From: Thermodesulfovibrionales bacterium | GTDB lineage: Bacteria; Nitrospirota; Thermodesulfovibrionia; Thermodesulfovibrionales; SM23-35 | Length of the DNA: 64,000 nucleotides | Assembly: GCA_963715195.1 (NCBI GenBank) | Contig: CAVQRT010000014.1 | Location: forward strand, 20,428-84,427 | Reading direction: 5' to 3' | In this document: positions 47,191-56,674 of the stretch, piece after piece | Position numbering within the stretch: position 1 is the first letter of the stretch | How the letters are laid out: the number at the start of each line of letters is the position of its first letter | The notes under the pieces: generated by a model | The model's input: only the letters and a program-made list of their open reading frames with translations | Database searches by the model: none | Told to the model about the DNA's origin: nothing | Made by a program: the position numbers and the translations under genes

Positions 47191-49910
47191 CTACCATGCA
47201 AGACGCTGCGAAGAGATTTGGTATTTTCATCGGGAAGGGTTTTCCCCGTGTTTTCCTCGTACTTTTTGCAGTGTGCCTTTTATGTTCTGCTGTTTTTGGC
47301 GCATCGGCTTCAGTTGTCGGGAAAATAGAAATTTTCGGGTTACATTCAATAGGGAAAGATGAATTGCTGTATATCCTTGGAATAAGCCCGGAAGAAGCCA
47401 TAGACGAAACCCTCGTGCGTGAGGGGATTCAAAGGGCTTTTCTAAAAGGTATATTCGATGATATTTCGGTTGAGACAACTGACGAAGAAAAAACGACGGT
47501 TATAATTCATGTTAGGGAAAGGCCGTATATAAAGGAGATTTCCGTCGAGGGAAATTATGCTCTGCCCAAAAAGACCATTGTATCGTTATTCCTTCTCAAG
47601 GAAGACCAGTATCTCTCATGCAATATGCTTGAACGCGCTGTGGAAAAACTGAAGCCTGAAATGGCGAGGCGGGGCTTCCCGAATGCTCAGATAGAAACAG
47701 ATGTTGAAATATTGGAGAGTCATCCGCACGTTGTTATCCATCTCAAAATCAACGCCGGGGAACCGGAAAGAGTTCAAAGAATCATTGTCTCGGGCACAAC
47801 CGATGACGTGAAATCGGTTATGAAACTGTCCGAAGGCGACGTATTTGACCAGGCTGTCTTACAAAGAGACATTGAAAGGATTGAGAAATACTTTAAGGAT
47901 CATGAATATTTTAAGCCCGTGGTAAAACCCTATACCTATACGGATGGAGTGCTTTACCTGTCTGTGCATCCGGGGAAACGGCTCTATATTATCCTTGACG
48001 GTAATGATTCAGTCTCGAAAAAGATGATTCTCAGAGAGATGCCCTTTTTTGAGGCTGAAGACTTTAACGATGATATCGTGGAAGAAGCAATACAGAGAAT
48101 GTTATCGCTTTACCATGCGAAGGGGTTTCCCTTTGTCCAGATCGCTCCGGTCGTTAAGGATAAGGATGACATCATCGAACTGACGTTTTTCATCTTCGAA
48201 GGGAACAAAGTGAGTACAGGAAATATCTCATTTTCGGGTGCAACCCTTGATGAGGCCAGACTCAAGGGCATCCTCTCCGTCAAGGAAGGCACTGTGTTTA
48301 ACCCTGACCTCATCGATTCGGACAGGGAAACACTGATGAATTTCTACTACGCTCTTGGATACCTCTCGGTTGTCGTTAGAGAATTTCAGACAACATATGA
48401 TAAGGATGCTCAGACGATGAATATCGTTATTCCAGTGCAAGAGGGACCGAGGACCGTTATCGGACAAATCGATATTGTTGGAAGCCGGATTATTGCTGAG
48501 GATGAAGTGAGAAAAGCCATACATTTAAAACGCGGAGATCCCTTTAATGAAGTCGATATATCAGATGCCAGATATGGGATTATCGAATTATACAACACAA
48601 AAGGATTTCCCTTAGTTGACGTAACTGTCGGGAGGTCATTCGACGGCCTTAAAGCGGATATCACGTTCACAATCAATGAAGGTCCTTTTGCTGTTTTCGG
48701 TAAGACGATTGTTACCGGAAATAACAGAACAAAGTACATAGTGATTAAAAGGGAACTCCTTAGAGAAAAAAATGCGCCATTTGATTACAGGGTTCTCAGA
48801 AGGGAAAGGCAGAGGCTGTATAAACTTGGGTTGTTCACGGACGTCAGCGTAGAGATGCTTCAAGGCTATGGTCAGCAGAAGGACGTCCTGGTAAGCTTGC
48901 ATGAGGGGAATGCAGGTGCTGTTGAATTTGGCTTTGGATATTCAGATTATGAGCGGTACAGGGGATTCCTCGATGTAAGCTACAGGAACCTCTGGGGTAT
49001 GCACCGACAGGCCTCTGCTAGGACTGAGCTGAGTTCAATAGAGCGCCGCCTTATCCTGCAATACTATGAACCGTGGTTCTTGATAAAGTCTAACGCTTTC
49101 CGGGCCTTTTTTCTGACTGAATACCGGGAAGAACTGAATGTTGATACCCGAGAAACCCGGTACAAGCTCTCACGGAATGCAGTAAGCGCTGGAATTGAAA
49201 GAAAATTTAGTAGCATCGTTAAATCCGAACTCTATTATGAATTCTCGTTTGTGAATACCTATGATGTGAAGCCCGACGTTGTACTCAGCAAAGAAGACAC
49301 CGGGACCCTGATTATAAGTGGATTACGACTCGGGATTATCTTTGATACCAGGGATGATCCTTTCTACCCGACAAAGGGGATTCTGTCCGGTATCTCTACG
49401 AAGCTCACATCACCGCTCTTTCTTTCAGAGTCTGATTTTATCAAGCTGAGCTTGTACGGCAATATCTACCATGAACTTATCCCGCGGTTTGTTATTGCGG
49501 CGTCTCTGAGGGGCGGGATCGCAAAGGGATACGGTGCTACAACCGAGCTGCCGATCGTTGAGAGGTTTTTTCTTGGTGGGAGGACGACGGTGAGAGGGTA
49601 TGAGCAGGATACCCTTGGCCCGAAAGGGTCAGACGGCAATCCAACCGGCGGTAATGTCTTTCTCATGGAAAATTTAGAAATGCGGATTTCTTTGGGGAGG
49701 GGCATAGGGCTCGTAACTTTCCTTGACGGCGGCAACGTATGGGTGGAGGTGAAAGATATTGACCCTTCAGATATCAAATTCACTGCAGGACTGGGATTGC
49801 GCTATGATACCCCTGTTGGGCCATTGCGGATTGATTACGGGCATAAATTGCAGAGAGCGAAAGATGAGAGCAGCGGGGAGCTGCATTTCAGCATCGGTCA
49901 TGTATTTTAA
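47187..49910 (+). CDS. bamA: Omp85-family outer membrane protein assembly factor (BamA-like, multiple POTRA domains)
   Basis: 907 aa with a signal peptide, repeated POTRA-like units, and a C-terminal beta-barrel ending ..HFSIGHVF (terminal Phe). It forms an ATGA overlap with tamB. The BamA-versus-TamA assignment is not resolvable here. Confidence 0.8.
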   Translation: MTTMQDAAKRFGIFIGKGFPRVFLVLFAVCLLCSAVFGASASVVGKIEIFGLHSIGKDELLYILGISPEEAIDETLVREGIQRAFLKGIFDDISVETTDEEKTTVIIHVRERPYIKEISVEGNYALPKKTIVSLFLLKEDQYLSCNMLERAVEKLKPEMARRGFPNAQIETDVEILESHPHVVIHLKINAGEPERVQRIIVSGTTDDVKSVMKLSEGDVFDQAVLQRDIERIEKYFKDHEYFKPVVKPYTYTDGVLYLSVHPGKRLYIILDGNDSVSKKMILREMPFFEAEDFNDDIVEEAIQRMLSLYHAKGFPFVQIAPVVKDKDDIIELTFFIFEGNKVSTGNISFSGATLDEARLKGILSVKEGTVFNPDLIDSDRETLMNFYYALGYLSVVVREFQTTYDKDAQTMNIVIPVQEGPRTVIGQIDIVGSRIIAEDEVRKAIHLKRGDPFNEVDISDARYGIIELYNTKGFPLVDVTVGRSFDGLKADITFTINEGPFAVFGKTIVTGNNRTKYIVIKRELLREKNAPFDYRVLRRERQRLYKLGLFTDVSVEMLQGYGQQKDVLVSLHEGNAGAVEFGFGYSDYERYRGFLDVSYRNLWGMHRQASARTELSSIERRLILQYYEPWFLIKSNAFRAFFLTEYREELNVDTRETRYKLSRNAVSAGIERKFSSIVKSELYYEFSFVNTYDVKPDVVLSKEDTGTLIISGLRLGIIFDTRDDPFYPTKGILSGISTKLTSPLFLSESDFIKLSLYGNIYHELIPRFVIAASLRGGIAKGYGATTELPIVERFFLGGRTTVRGYEQDTLGPKGSDGNPTGGNVFLMENLEMRISLGRGIGLVTFLDGGNVWVEVKDIDPSDIKFTAGLGLRYDTPVGPLRIDYGHKLQRAKDESSGELHFSIGHVF

Positions 49911-50427
49911 AGGATCGGCATTGTCTTTTTTTTGTTATTTCTTGTGTGGTGCTTTTTTTATTCTATCACTGTACTCGTCTCCCTCTGCCGCGATGAGAGA
50001 CAGGGTTGTGGCGTATGTCGATAATACGGCGATAACACTCAGTGAGGTGGAAAAGAAATATGCCGAAACGGTTCAGGCAACCCCTGCCGTTACAAAAGAA
50101 GAAGTCCTGAATACGATGATTAACCGAATACTCATGATAAGAGAAGCGAGAAAGCTTCGTTTGAAGTCAGAAAGTGAAGATGTATTGTTGAGAGACTATA
50201 TTGATCTGAAAATCCGGGCATTTATACGGATAAAAGATGAGGAGATAAGATCCTTTTACGATACGCATATTGCTGATTTTTCCGGAAAAGAACTTGACGA
50301 GGTAAGAGAGGATATCGAGAACTTTCTTATCGAGCAAGCGCTGAACAAAAGGCTGAAGGAGCATATTGATGAACTCAGAAACAATGCCTGTGTGAAGGTA
50401 CAGCTTATTCAGAAGATTCAGGAATAA
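49900..50427 (+). CDS. SurA N-terminal-domain-like periplasmic chaperone
   Basis: Start at ATG 49900 (MYFKGSALSFF.. signal-like), overlapping the bamA end by 11 nt. The helical Lys/Glu-rich body resembles the SurA N-domain. It lies upstream of pdxA, as surA does in E. coli. Confidence 0.6.
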   Translation: MYFKGSALSFFCYFLCGAFFILSLYSSPSAAMRDRVVAYVDNTAITLSEVEKKYAETVQATPAVTKEEVLNTMINRILMIREARKLRLKSESEDVLLRDYIDLKIRAFIRIKDEEIRSFYDTHIADFSGKELDEVREDIENFLIEQALNKRLKEHIDELRNNACVKVQLIQKIQE

Positions 50428-50477
50428 GGTATTGCGTCACAGGAAATCAAAATGGTAGTTCTCAAGGTTTTCCGTCA

Positions 50478-51458
50478 ATGAAAAAACTTCTTATTACCAT
50501 GGGAGACCCCGGAGGTGTGGGGCCTGAAATTATCGTAAAGGCACTCGGTGCGCGCGGTATCACGAAATCATGCGTCCCGATCGTGATAGGGAATTCCCGC
50601 ATTATGTCGAAGGCGTTACGTCTTCTCGGAGATTCACGGAAGCTGCGGGAAATACCATCTCCTAAAGAAGCTGAAAATAACGTGAGACTCATTGACATTA
50701 TCAATATAAAACACAGAGATCTCTCCCCTCTCCTTCATAATAAACCGACAGCCGCAGGTGGGGAAGCCTGCGTGAGTTACATAGAGAAAGCTGCCGAACT
50801 TTTGATGCGCAATCAGGCTAATGCCATAGTTACGGCTCCCATCTCCAAAGAGGCACTGAAGATGGCCGGGTTTTCGTGGCCGGGACATACGGAGATGCTT
50901 GCTGAATTATCGCGCACGAAGCAGTTCGCGATGATGCTTGTAGGCGGTCCACTGCGTGTTATTCTTGTCACGATTCATACGGCACTGAAGAATGTTCCTG
51001 GTCTGATCACCAGACAGCGGATTCTTAAAGTTATTCGTCTTGCCAAACAGGCATGTAACATGTTGAAGATACGCAGTTCAAAGATTGGGGTCGCCGGACT
51101 GAATCCTCATGCCGGTGAGGCCGGGATATTCGGAGACGAGGAGATAACACAGATTATCCCGGCCATCAGGCAGGCGCAGCGGGAGAAGATTCCTGTTTCG
51201 GGGCCGTATTCTCCGGACACGCTTTTTCATAAAGCATACCAGGGTGAAATTGATATCGTTGTCTGCATGTATCATGATCAGGGATTGATACCCTTGAAAA
51301 TGATCGCCTTTGATAAAGGTGTGAATGTGACCGTCGGCCTTCCGTTTGTCCGCACATCCCCTGACCATGGAACCGCATATGATATTGCATGGAAGGGGGT
51401 GGCGAATCCATCAAGTATGATCGAGGCGATTAACCTGGCGGTAAAGCTGAGGGTGTAG
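50478..51458 (+). CDS. pdxA: 4-hydroxythreonine-4-phosphate dehydrogenase
   Basis: Motifs ..ITMGDPGGVGPEI.., ..GHTEMLAEL.., ..TSPDHGTAYDIAWKG.. . Confidence 0.9.
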   Translation: MKKLLITMGDPGGVGPEIIVKALGARGITKSCVPIVIGNSRIMSKALRLLGDSRKLREIPSPKEAENNVRLIDIINIKHRDLSPLLHNKPTAAGGEACVSYIEKAAELLMRNQANAIVTAPISKEALKMAGFSWPGHTEMLAELSRTKQFAMMLVGGPLRVILVTIHTALKNVPGLITRQRILKVIRLAKQACNMLKIRSSKIGVAGLNPHAGEAGIFGDEEITQIIPAIRQAQREKIPVSGPYSPDTLFHKAYQGEIDIVVCMYHDQGLIPLKMIAFDKGVNVTVGLPFVRTSPDHGTAYDIAWKGVANPSSMIEAINLAVKLRV

Positions 51459-51469
51459 ATCTAACTTTC

Positions 51470-51892
51470 ATGAAAAGGATATATACCCTTGGTACCGACA
51501 GGAGGAGCGAGGAGGATTTTATCGAGATCCTTCTCGCGTATGATATCAAGGCACTGATTGATGTGCGGAGTTTTCCGAAAAGCAGAATCCCAATTTTCAC
51601 GAGAGAAAATCTTAAAAATCTTCTCGACCATGAAGGAATTCAATACCATTTTCTTGGGAAGGAACTTGGAGGCTTCAGGAAGGGCGGATATACTTCATAT
51701 CTTATTACGGATGATTTTATGAAGGGGATTGATTTTCTTGAATCCATTGCAGGGGAAAAAACGTCGGTGATTATTTGTGCAGAGCGATTTCCCTGGAAAT
51801 GTCACAGAAAATGGATTTCGAGGGAATTGCAAAAGAGGGGCTGGCAGGTGGAGCATATTATTGATAAGGGGAAATTGTGGATACCGAAATAG
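51470..51892 (+). CDS. DUF488 family protein
   Basis: 140 aa, start MKRIYTLGTDRRSEEDFIEIL..IDVRSFPKSR typical of DUF488. Confidence 0.7.
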   Translation: MKRIYTLGTDRRSEEDFIEILLAYDIKALIDVRSFPKSRIPIFTRENLKNLLDHEGIQYHFLGKELGGFRKGGYTSYLITDDFMKGIDFLESIAGEKTSVIICAERFPWKCHRKWISRELQKRGWQVEHIIDKGKLWIPK

Positions 51893-51916
51893 CAGATAAT
51901 TATTATCTATCCGCAG

Positions 51917-51996
51917 ACAATTAAGTTCTTACTTAAACAATTAAGTCTTTACATTTTGGTGGGTCTAGCAAAAACTGGGGACAATTAAGTTCTTAC
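51917..51996 (+). repeat. three direct copies of ACAATTAAGT(T/C)(C/T)TTAC at the core/accessory junction
   Basis: The copies lie at 51917-51932, 51937-51952 and 51981-51996. Copies 2 and 3 extend to ..TTACATTT. All are in the same orientation, immediately after the last core gene. Confidence 0.8.
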
Positions 51997-52094
51997 ATTT
52001 CTGACCGTCATCTTACCCATCACCACTACTCACAGTTATCCGCAAAAACATTATTTCTCGATATCTATTCAATTCCCATTCTACTGAACAGGAC

Positions 52095-52358
52095 TCAGAA
52101 AATCAGGGGCGTCACTTTCCATTTGAATGACACATAGCGAAAAACTGACGGGTTATTCAATCCGAGAAGAAATAAACGTTCTATGAGTAAATTTGCTATT
52201 AATGCGAAATAGAGCGAGTCGGGTATTGCCTCCACCTGCGAACAAACAAAATCTTTAAGCCGAAAAAATGATGACTTACAAGAGAATTGTTTAACGCTCC
52301 GCTTGAAGGGCATCGCTTCAGCGACGTTCCTCTCCAGGCGACTATTAGGCGTAATCAT
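52095..52358 (-). pseudogene. possible C-terminal remnant of an IS5/IS1182-type DDE transposase
   Basis: The 87-aa ORF contains ..RLERNVAEA.. and ..FALIANLLIERL.., faintly resembling the ERxFAxAK...NLKRL C-terminus of these transposases. There is no upstream coding continuation. This call is weak. Confidence 0.25.
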
Positions 52359-52382
52359 CGTTCATCGGCTCAGACCAGATTC

Positions 52383-53204
52383 CTATAATGCCGATAGATC
52401 TCGCGTGGTTAGCTCCCGCCCCTCGTCTGAGCCAATATCTGCTCCAGTGCCGTCTGGTTGGGAGTAACAAAAGGGGTCGAAGTAGGGACCCTCGCAAGCA
52501 ACTCCAACAACTGTTCGGTCTTTCCTTGCGCCGGTGGCAAGTGTGCCGAGAGAGATCATTTTCGGGGCAATTTGACGAATTCTGTCCAGCGCTTGGCTGA
52601 ATACGCTCGGCTCAACCATATGAACCCATGGGCTGTCCGCGCTGGCCCAGCTGATCATGCCTTGAGCCAGATCCCCCTCTGCAACATCATCGACATTCTG
52701 CGCCGGCGACGGGATGATGGCACCAAAGCAATCGGCAGAGAAAAAGGCTTCCGATTTGTTATCGTAGATACCGATAGTCGTCGGGTTATCGAACAGGGGC
52801 GGTCTGACGGCGGTCAGCTTACGGTCACCCACACTGATACTGTCTCCCGAATTCAGCCAGTAAACCCGATGCATGGGTACCGGCCAAGCCGTGCTCATCC
52901 TCAGCACTGCTAAGGAGTTCGCCGCAAGCCGCGCGCTGGGTGCTGCTTCAAGAACCTTCTGAATGTTACCGGTATGATCTGCATCATCGTGGGTAAGCCA
53001 CACCCACTTCAAGTCTTGAGGATCAATGATCGACTCCAGAGCCTTCATGAACTCCTCACTCTCAATTCCCATTCCCGTGTCAACGAGGACCGGCTCTTTA
53101 GCCTTGATGACGAAGGCATTGACCGGAAGGAATCCCATACCGGGGATCGGGAAATGCGCGGGAAGGACCTCGATATCTGGCATCGCTTGATAGGGTTTAT
53201 CCAT
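52383..53204 (-). pseudogene. MBL-fold metallo-hydrolase with a probable frameshift near the 3' end
   Basis: Metal-binding motif WLTHDDADHTGN. After ..APKMI the annotated frame becomes Gly/Thr/Asp-rich. The alternative frame reads SLSAHLPPAQGKTEQLLELLARVPTSTPFVTPNQTALEQILAQ.. and stops at 52409. The switch point is a (TC)4 run (plus strand GAGAGAGA, 52548-52555). Confidence 0.6.
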
Positions 53205-53415
53205 TGGACACTCCTCCTTTCGTGGTTTTTAACTCAGACTTCCTGTTATTACGATAAGTAAGGTGGGCGACGGAATCCAGCTTTCGTTCATCACCAGAAA
53301 TCTACAAGAAACAGGGCGAGGCAAACTCACTCATTCTGTTTATATTTATTTAGATCTAACCTTCTGGAGAACAAATAGTTTTCTACATACCTTACTGTCG
53401 TCATCTATGAAGTAT

Positions 53416-53441
53416 TTTAAAGCGGCTTGTTCCGCTTTAAA
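53416..53441 (-). terminator. 10-bp perfect hairpin downstream of the DsrE-like gene
   Basis: TTTAAAGCGG-CTTGTT-CCGCTTTAAA, 95 nt after the stop at 53536. The AT-rich stem ends could act in both directions. Confidence 0.35.
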
Positions 53442-53535
53442 CTTGTAATGTTTCGTACACACATTTACAAACTGAGGATCACGAATAAAAGATAATTTGT
53501 GTTTTCAGTTCTTTATACAGGCCGCCCGTTAGCTT

Positions 53536-54048
53536 CTAATAAACAGGGACTAAGGAGTATCCTTTGGATTGGTACCCGATTACTGATATCCAACCATTAT
53601 GTACTTGCTTAATTTCTGGCAAAATAAATGAGGCCTTTACATTAAAAAAATTTGCAGCAACCATACATATTTCAAAATCTATTCCCTCCTTTGACATCAT
53701 TTTGATTGTATCAGCAATTTCATCAAGAATCTTTTTGTCTTCAGCCGAAAAGCCTTCTTTGTTTTTTGATACAAGTTTCACTGCAGGACCAATAAATACA
53801 ACTACAAAAGCAGGTTTTTCGGAAATTGCTGTAATTTTCTTGTCTTTAGAGGTATCGTGGATTAAATTGAGAAGTCCTGCAGCACTTTTCGCACTGCCTG
53901 TCCTTACATCGAAAACTGCTTTAATAGATTCTAAACCATGCAATGCTTTGTACTCTTCGCCAGAAACATTAGCAACCATAGTGCATAATAAAAAGGTCGA
54001 TAGGAATAGACATATCCCTATCTTTTTAATTCCTCTTTTCATGTTCAT
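53536..54048 (-). CDS. secreted DsrE/DsrF-like (COG1416-like) protein
   Basis: 170 aa with a signal peptide. The ..AVFDVRTG.. start and ..GWISVIGYQSKGYSLVPVY end resemble DsrE-fold proteins. The assignment is tentative. Confidence 0.5.
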   Translation of the reverse strand: MNMKRGIKKIGICLFLSTFLLCTMVANVSGEEYKALHGLESIKAVFDVRTGSAKSAAGLLNLIHDTSKDKKITAISEKPAFVVVFIGPAVKLVSKNKEGFSAEDKKILDEIADTIKMMSKEGIDFEICMVAANFFNVKASFILPEIKQVHNGWISVIGYQSKGYSLVPVY

Positions 54049-54349
54049 CCCCCTTAGAGTTTGTTGAAAAATTGATTGACCTTAAATCTCTTCCCCCTTA
54101 GAAGAACTTCTATACAAAAGCATAGTCGAAAATTATTAATTGTCAACCGAAAGTAATTTATCGAGAAATAGCAAAAATATAATTTGTAATTTATCCATGA
54201 AGTTGACAGAAGAATTATTTGTTTCAGTTGTAATTGAAATGTTCTCTAATTTTCAAGAGATGTGTATTTAGGAAGTATGTTTGTCTCTCAAGACTATCAG
54301 TAATTCTGCATCTTTCGCCCCAAAGGAAACATACCATTTCCCCTTTGAT

Positions 54350-55450
54350 TTATTTCAGAGTCAACATCGGATAGTCGGTATAACCTTTTTCACCAGACGT
54401 GTAGAAGGTTTGTTCATCCCACTTTGCCAGTTTAGCATTGAGTTCAAATCGCTTGGGCAGGTCAGGATTAGAAATAAATAGTTTTCCAAAAGCTACCAGG
54501 TCAGCCAGACCCTCTTCGATTACTTTATTTCCTTTTTCCTGATCAAAATTATTGTTGATGATCAAAGTTCCCTTATATTTAGGTCTGTACCGCTTGGCAA
54601 TATTAGGTTCTGCATAAGGGACATTCGTCACATCTGTAAATGGCTCTGACAAATCTACGTAAGCCAGATTATAATCATTCAACTGCTCTACGATATAATC
54701 AAAGGTCGGAATGGTTTCCTCGTCGAGTGTCATCCCAAAGGCTCCGTGCAGCGACGGATTTAGGCGTACCCCAATATGGTTTTCTGGCATTACCTTCTTT
54801 ATTTCATCGATGACTTCAAAAAGGATTTTAGCCCTGTTCTCGATAGATCCACCATAGTCATCAGTTCTAATATTAGAAGTCCTGTTGAAAAACTGGTGCA
54901 AAAGGTATCCGTTAGAGGCATGGATCTCAATACCATCAAAACCTGCATCCATGGCATTTTTGGCACCTTGCCGGAAATCCTGAACCGTTTGCTTGATATC
55001 ATTAATCGTCATCGCTTTGGGTGTTACTGTATCTTTAAATCCTTTGGGAGTATAAGACTTTTCGTTAGGATTTAACGCTGAAGGTGCAAGGGGAAGTTCA
55101 CCATTATGAAAATCCGGATGGGACATTCTGCCTACATGCCAGAGCTGTAAAAATATTTTTCCTTCCTTATCATGAACCGCTTTGGTTACCTTCTTCCAGC
55201 CCTCTACCTGGGCTGTAGAGTAAATTCCTGGAGTGTTGATATAACCTACTGCTCTTTTTGATATTTGTGAACCTTCAGTGATAATGAACCCGGCAGAAGC
55301 TCTTTGCTCATAATATTTAGCCATAAGATCTGTTGGGGCATTCTCAGGATTATTGGCTCTGCTTCTGGTCATTGGTGCCATAACTACTCTGTTTCGTAGC
55401 TTGATGTCACCCATAATATACTCTTTTAAAAGCGCCTGTTCTTTAGACAT
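54350..55450 (-). CDS. Old Yellow Enzyme family NADH:flavin oxidoreductase (alkene/N-ethylmaleimide reductase-like)
   Basis: 366 aa, with ..LRNRVVMAPMTRSRA.., ..LQLWHVGR.., ..GFDGIEIHASNGYLLHQF.. . Confidence 0.9.
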   Translation of the reverse strand: MSKEQALLKEYIMGDIKLRNRVVMAPMTRSRANNPENAPTDLMAKYYEQRASAGFIITEGSQISKRAVGYINTPGIYSTAQVEGWKKVTKAVHDKEGKIFLQLWHVGRMSHPDFHNGELPLAPSALNPNEKSYTPKGFKDTVTPKAMTINDIKQTVQDFRQGAKNAMDAGFDGIEIHASNGYLLHQFFNRTSNIRTDDYGGSIENRAKILFEVIDEIKKVMPENHIGVRLNPSLHGAFGMTLDEETIPTFDYIVEQLNDYNLAYVDLSEPFTDVTNVPYAEPNIAKRYRPKYKGTLIINNNFDQEKGNKVIEEGLADLVAFGKLFISNPDLPKRFELNAKLAKWDEQTFYTSGEKGYTDYPMLTLK

Positions 55451-55532
55451 TCAAATAGTTACCGGTTAATAATCTATACCATTTTTGAATATTTTAAGAA
55501 AGTAAAGAAGTATAGGAAGGAGAAAAGGTATA

Positions 55533-55715
55533 TTATTTGAGCCCGATCTTTTTCCAAAACATAAGTCCAGGGCAAATCCCTGTTATCCCTGCCAAAGTAA
55601 ATAAAATAACGGGCACATAAAGGAACCAATGAACCTTATCAAAACCTGTTAACCATATCCCTATAAATACTGTTAAAGCAACTGATATGAATTGTGCTCT
55701 TAGAGCTGAAGACAT
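55533..55715 (-). CDS. DUF2892 (YgaP-like) small membrane protein
   Basis: 60 aa with two TM helices and the C-terminal ..GICPGLMFWKKIGL motif typical of DUF2892. Confidence 0.6.
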   Translation of the reverse strand: MSSALRAQFISVALTVFIGIWLTGFDKVHWFLYVPVILFTLAGITGICPGLMFWKKIGLK

Positions 55716-55819
55716 AGTAATCCTCCTTTATCAATTACCTTTTGTACTTAATACAATTATATCAGGTTTCATAGATGAGGACTTCAGGATGGACTTTCCT
55801 CGAAAAAGTGGACACCGAA

Positions 55820-56674
55820 TTAAGTTACACTAAGAGCCTTTTCATACTGCACGGGACTCTTATACCCTAATGCCGAATGCTTTCTAGTACGATTATAAAA
55901 CACTTCCACATACTCAAAGATGCTTAAGCTTGCATCTTCCCGTGTCTGATACTTCTCACCGTGGACTAAATCCTTCTTCAGTGTTGCAAAAAAGGATTCT
56001 ATGTATGCATTATCATAACAATGCCCCTTTCTACTCATACTGGAGAGAATATGGTATTTCTGAAGAAGTCCCTGATACGCATATGTTGCGTACTGCCTGC
56101 CACGATCAGAATGATGGACCAGCCCTTCTGCAGGGGGGCCACTCTCTAATGCCTGCCTCAGTGCTGCCATAACCAGTTCCTGCGACAGTTCATCTCTCAG
56201 AGAAAATCCTATGATCTTCCTGGTCCTTACATTCATGACTGCTGAAAGATACAACCATCCCTCACGAGTACGAATAAACGTGATATCAGATACCCATAAA
56301 CGCTCTGTCTGCTTATTTGCAATGAGCAGATTCGGAGCTATAGGATACCCATGCTGTGAGTCTGTCGTCTTCTTGAATTTCCTTTTTATCTTTACCCGAA
56401 TACCGCTATCCCTCATGATCCTGGCTACTCGGTTCTTGCCACATGCTATCCCCTGTTCATGGAGTGTATCTGTAATCCGTGGACTCCCGTAGGTCTTCCG
56501 GCTGTCCCTGTAAACTTCCCGAATACGTTCTAAAAGCTCTTTATTGGCTTCTTCTCGCCTGCTCGGCCTTCGCGTCCTCCATGCGTAATAGCCACTTCGA
56601 GATACCTTCAAGACCTTGGACATTCTCTTCAACTTAAATACTCTTCGGTGCTCATCCATGAACAGATACTTCAT
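55820..56674 (-). CDS. IS3-family transposase OrfB (DDE integrase core)
   Basis: DDE residues in WVSDITF, HHSDRGRQY and YDNAYIESFF. 284 aa. Confidence 0.9.
   Translation of the reverse strand: MKYLFMDEHRRVFKLKRMSKVLKVSRSGYYAWRTRRPSRREEANKELLERIREVYRDSRKTYGSPRITDTLHEQGIACGKNRVARIMRDSGIRVKIKRKFKKTTDSQHGYPIAPNLLIANKQTERLWVSDITFIRTREGWLYLSAVMNVRTRKIIGFSLRDELSQELVMAALRQALESGPPAEGLVHHSDRGRQYATYAYQGLLQKYHILSSMSRKGHCYDNAYIESFFATLKKDLVHGEKYQTREDASLSIFEYVEVFYNRTRKHSALGYKSPVQYEKALSVT

Noticed and set aside
54135-54160. TTAATTGTC as a possible inverted partner of the boundary repeats ACAATTAAGT...
   Set aside because: Only 8-9 nt match, it is a single copy, and it sits in very AT-rich DNA where such matches are expected by chance.
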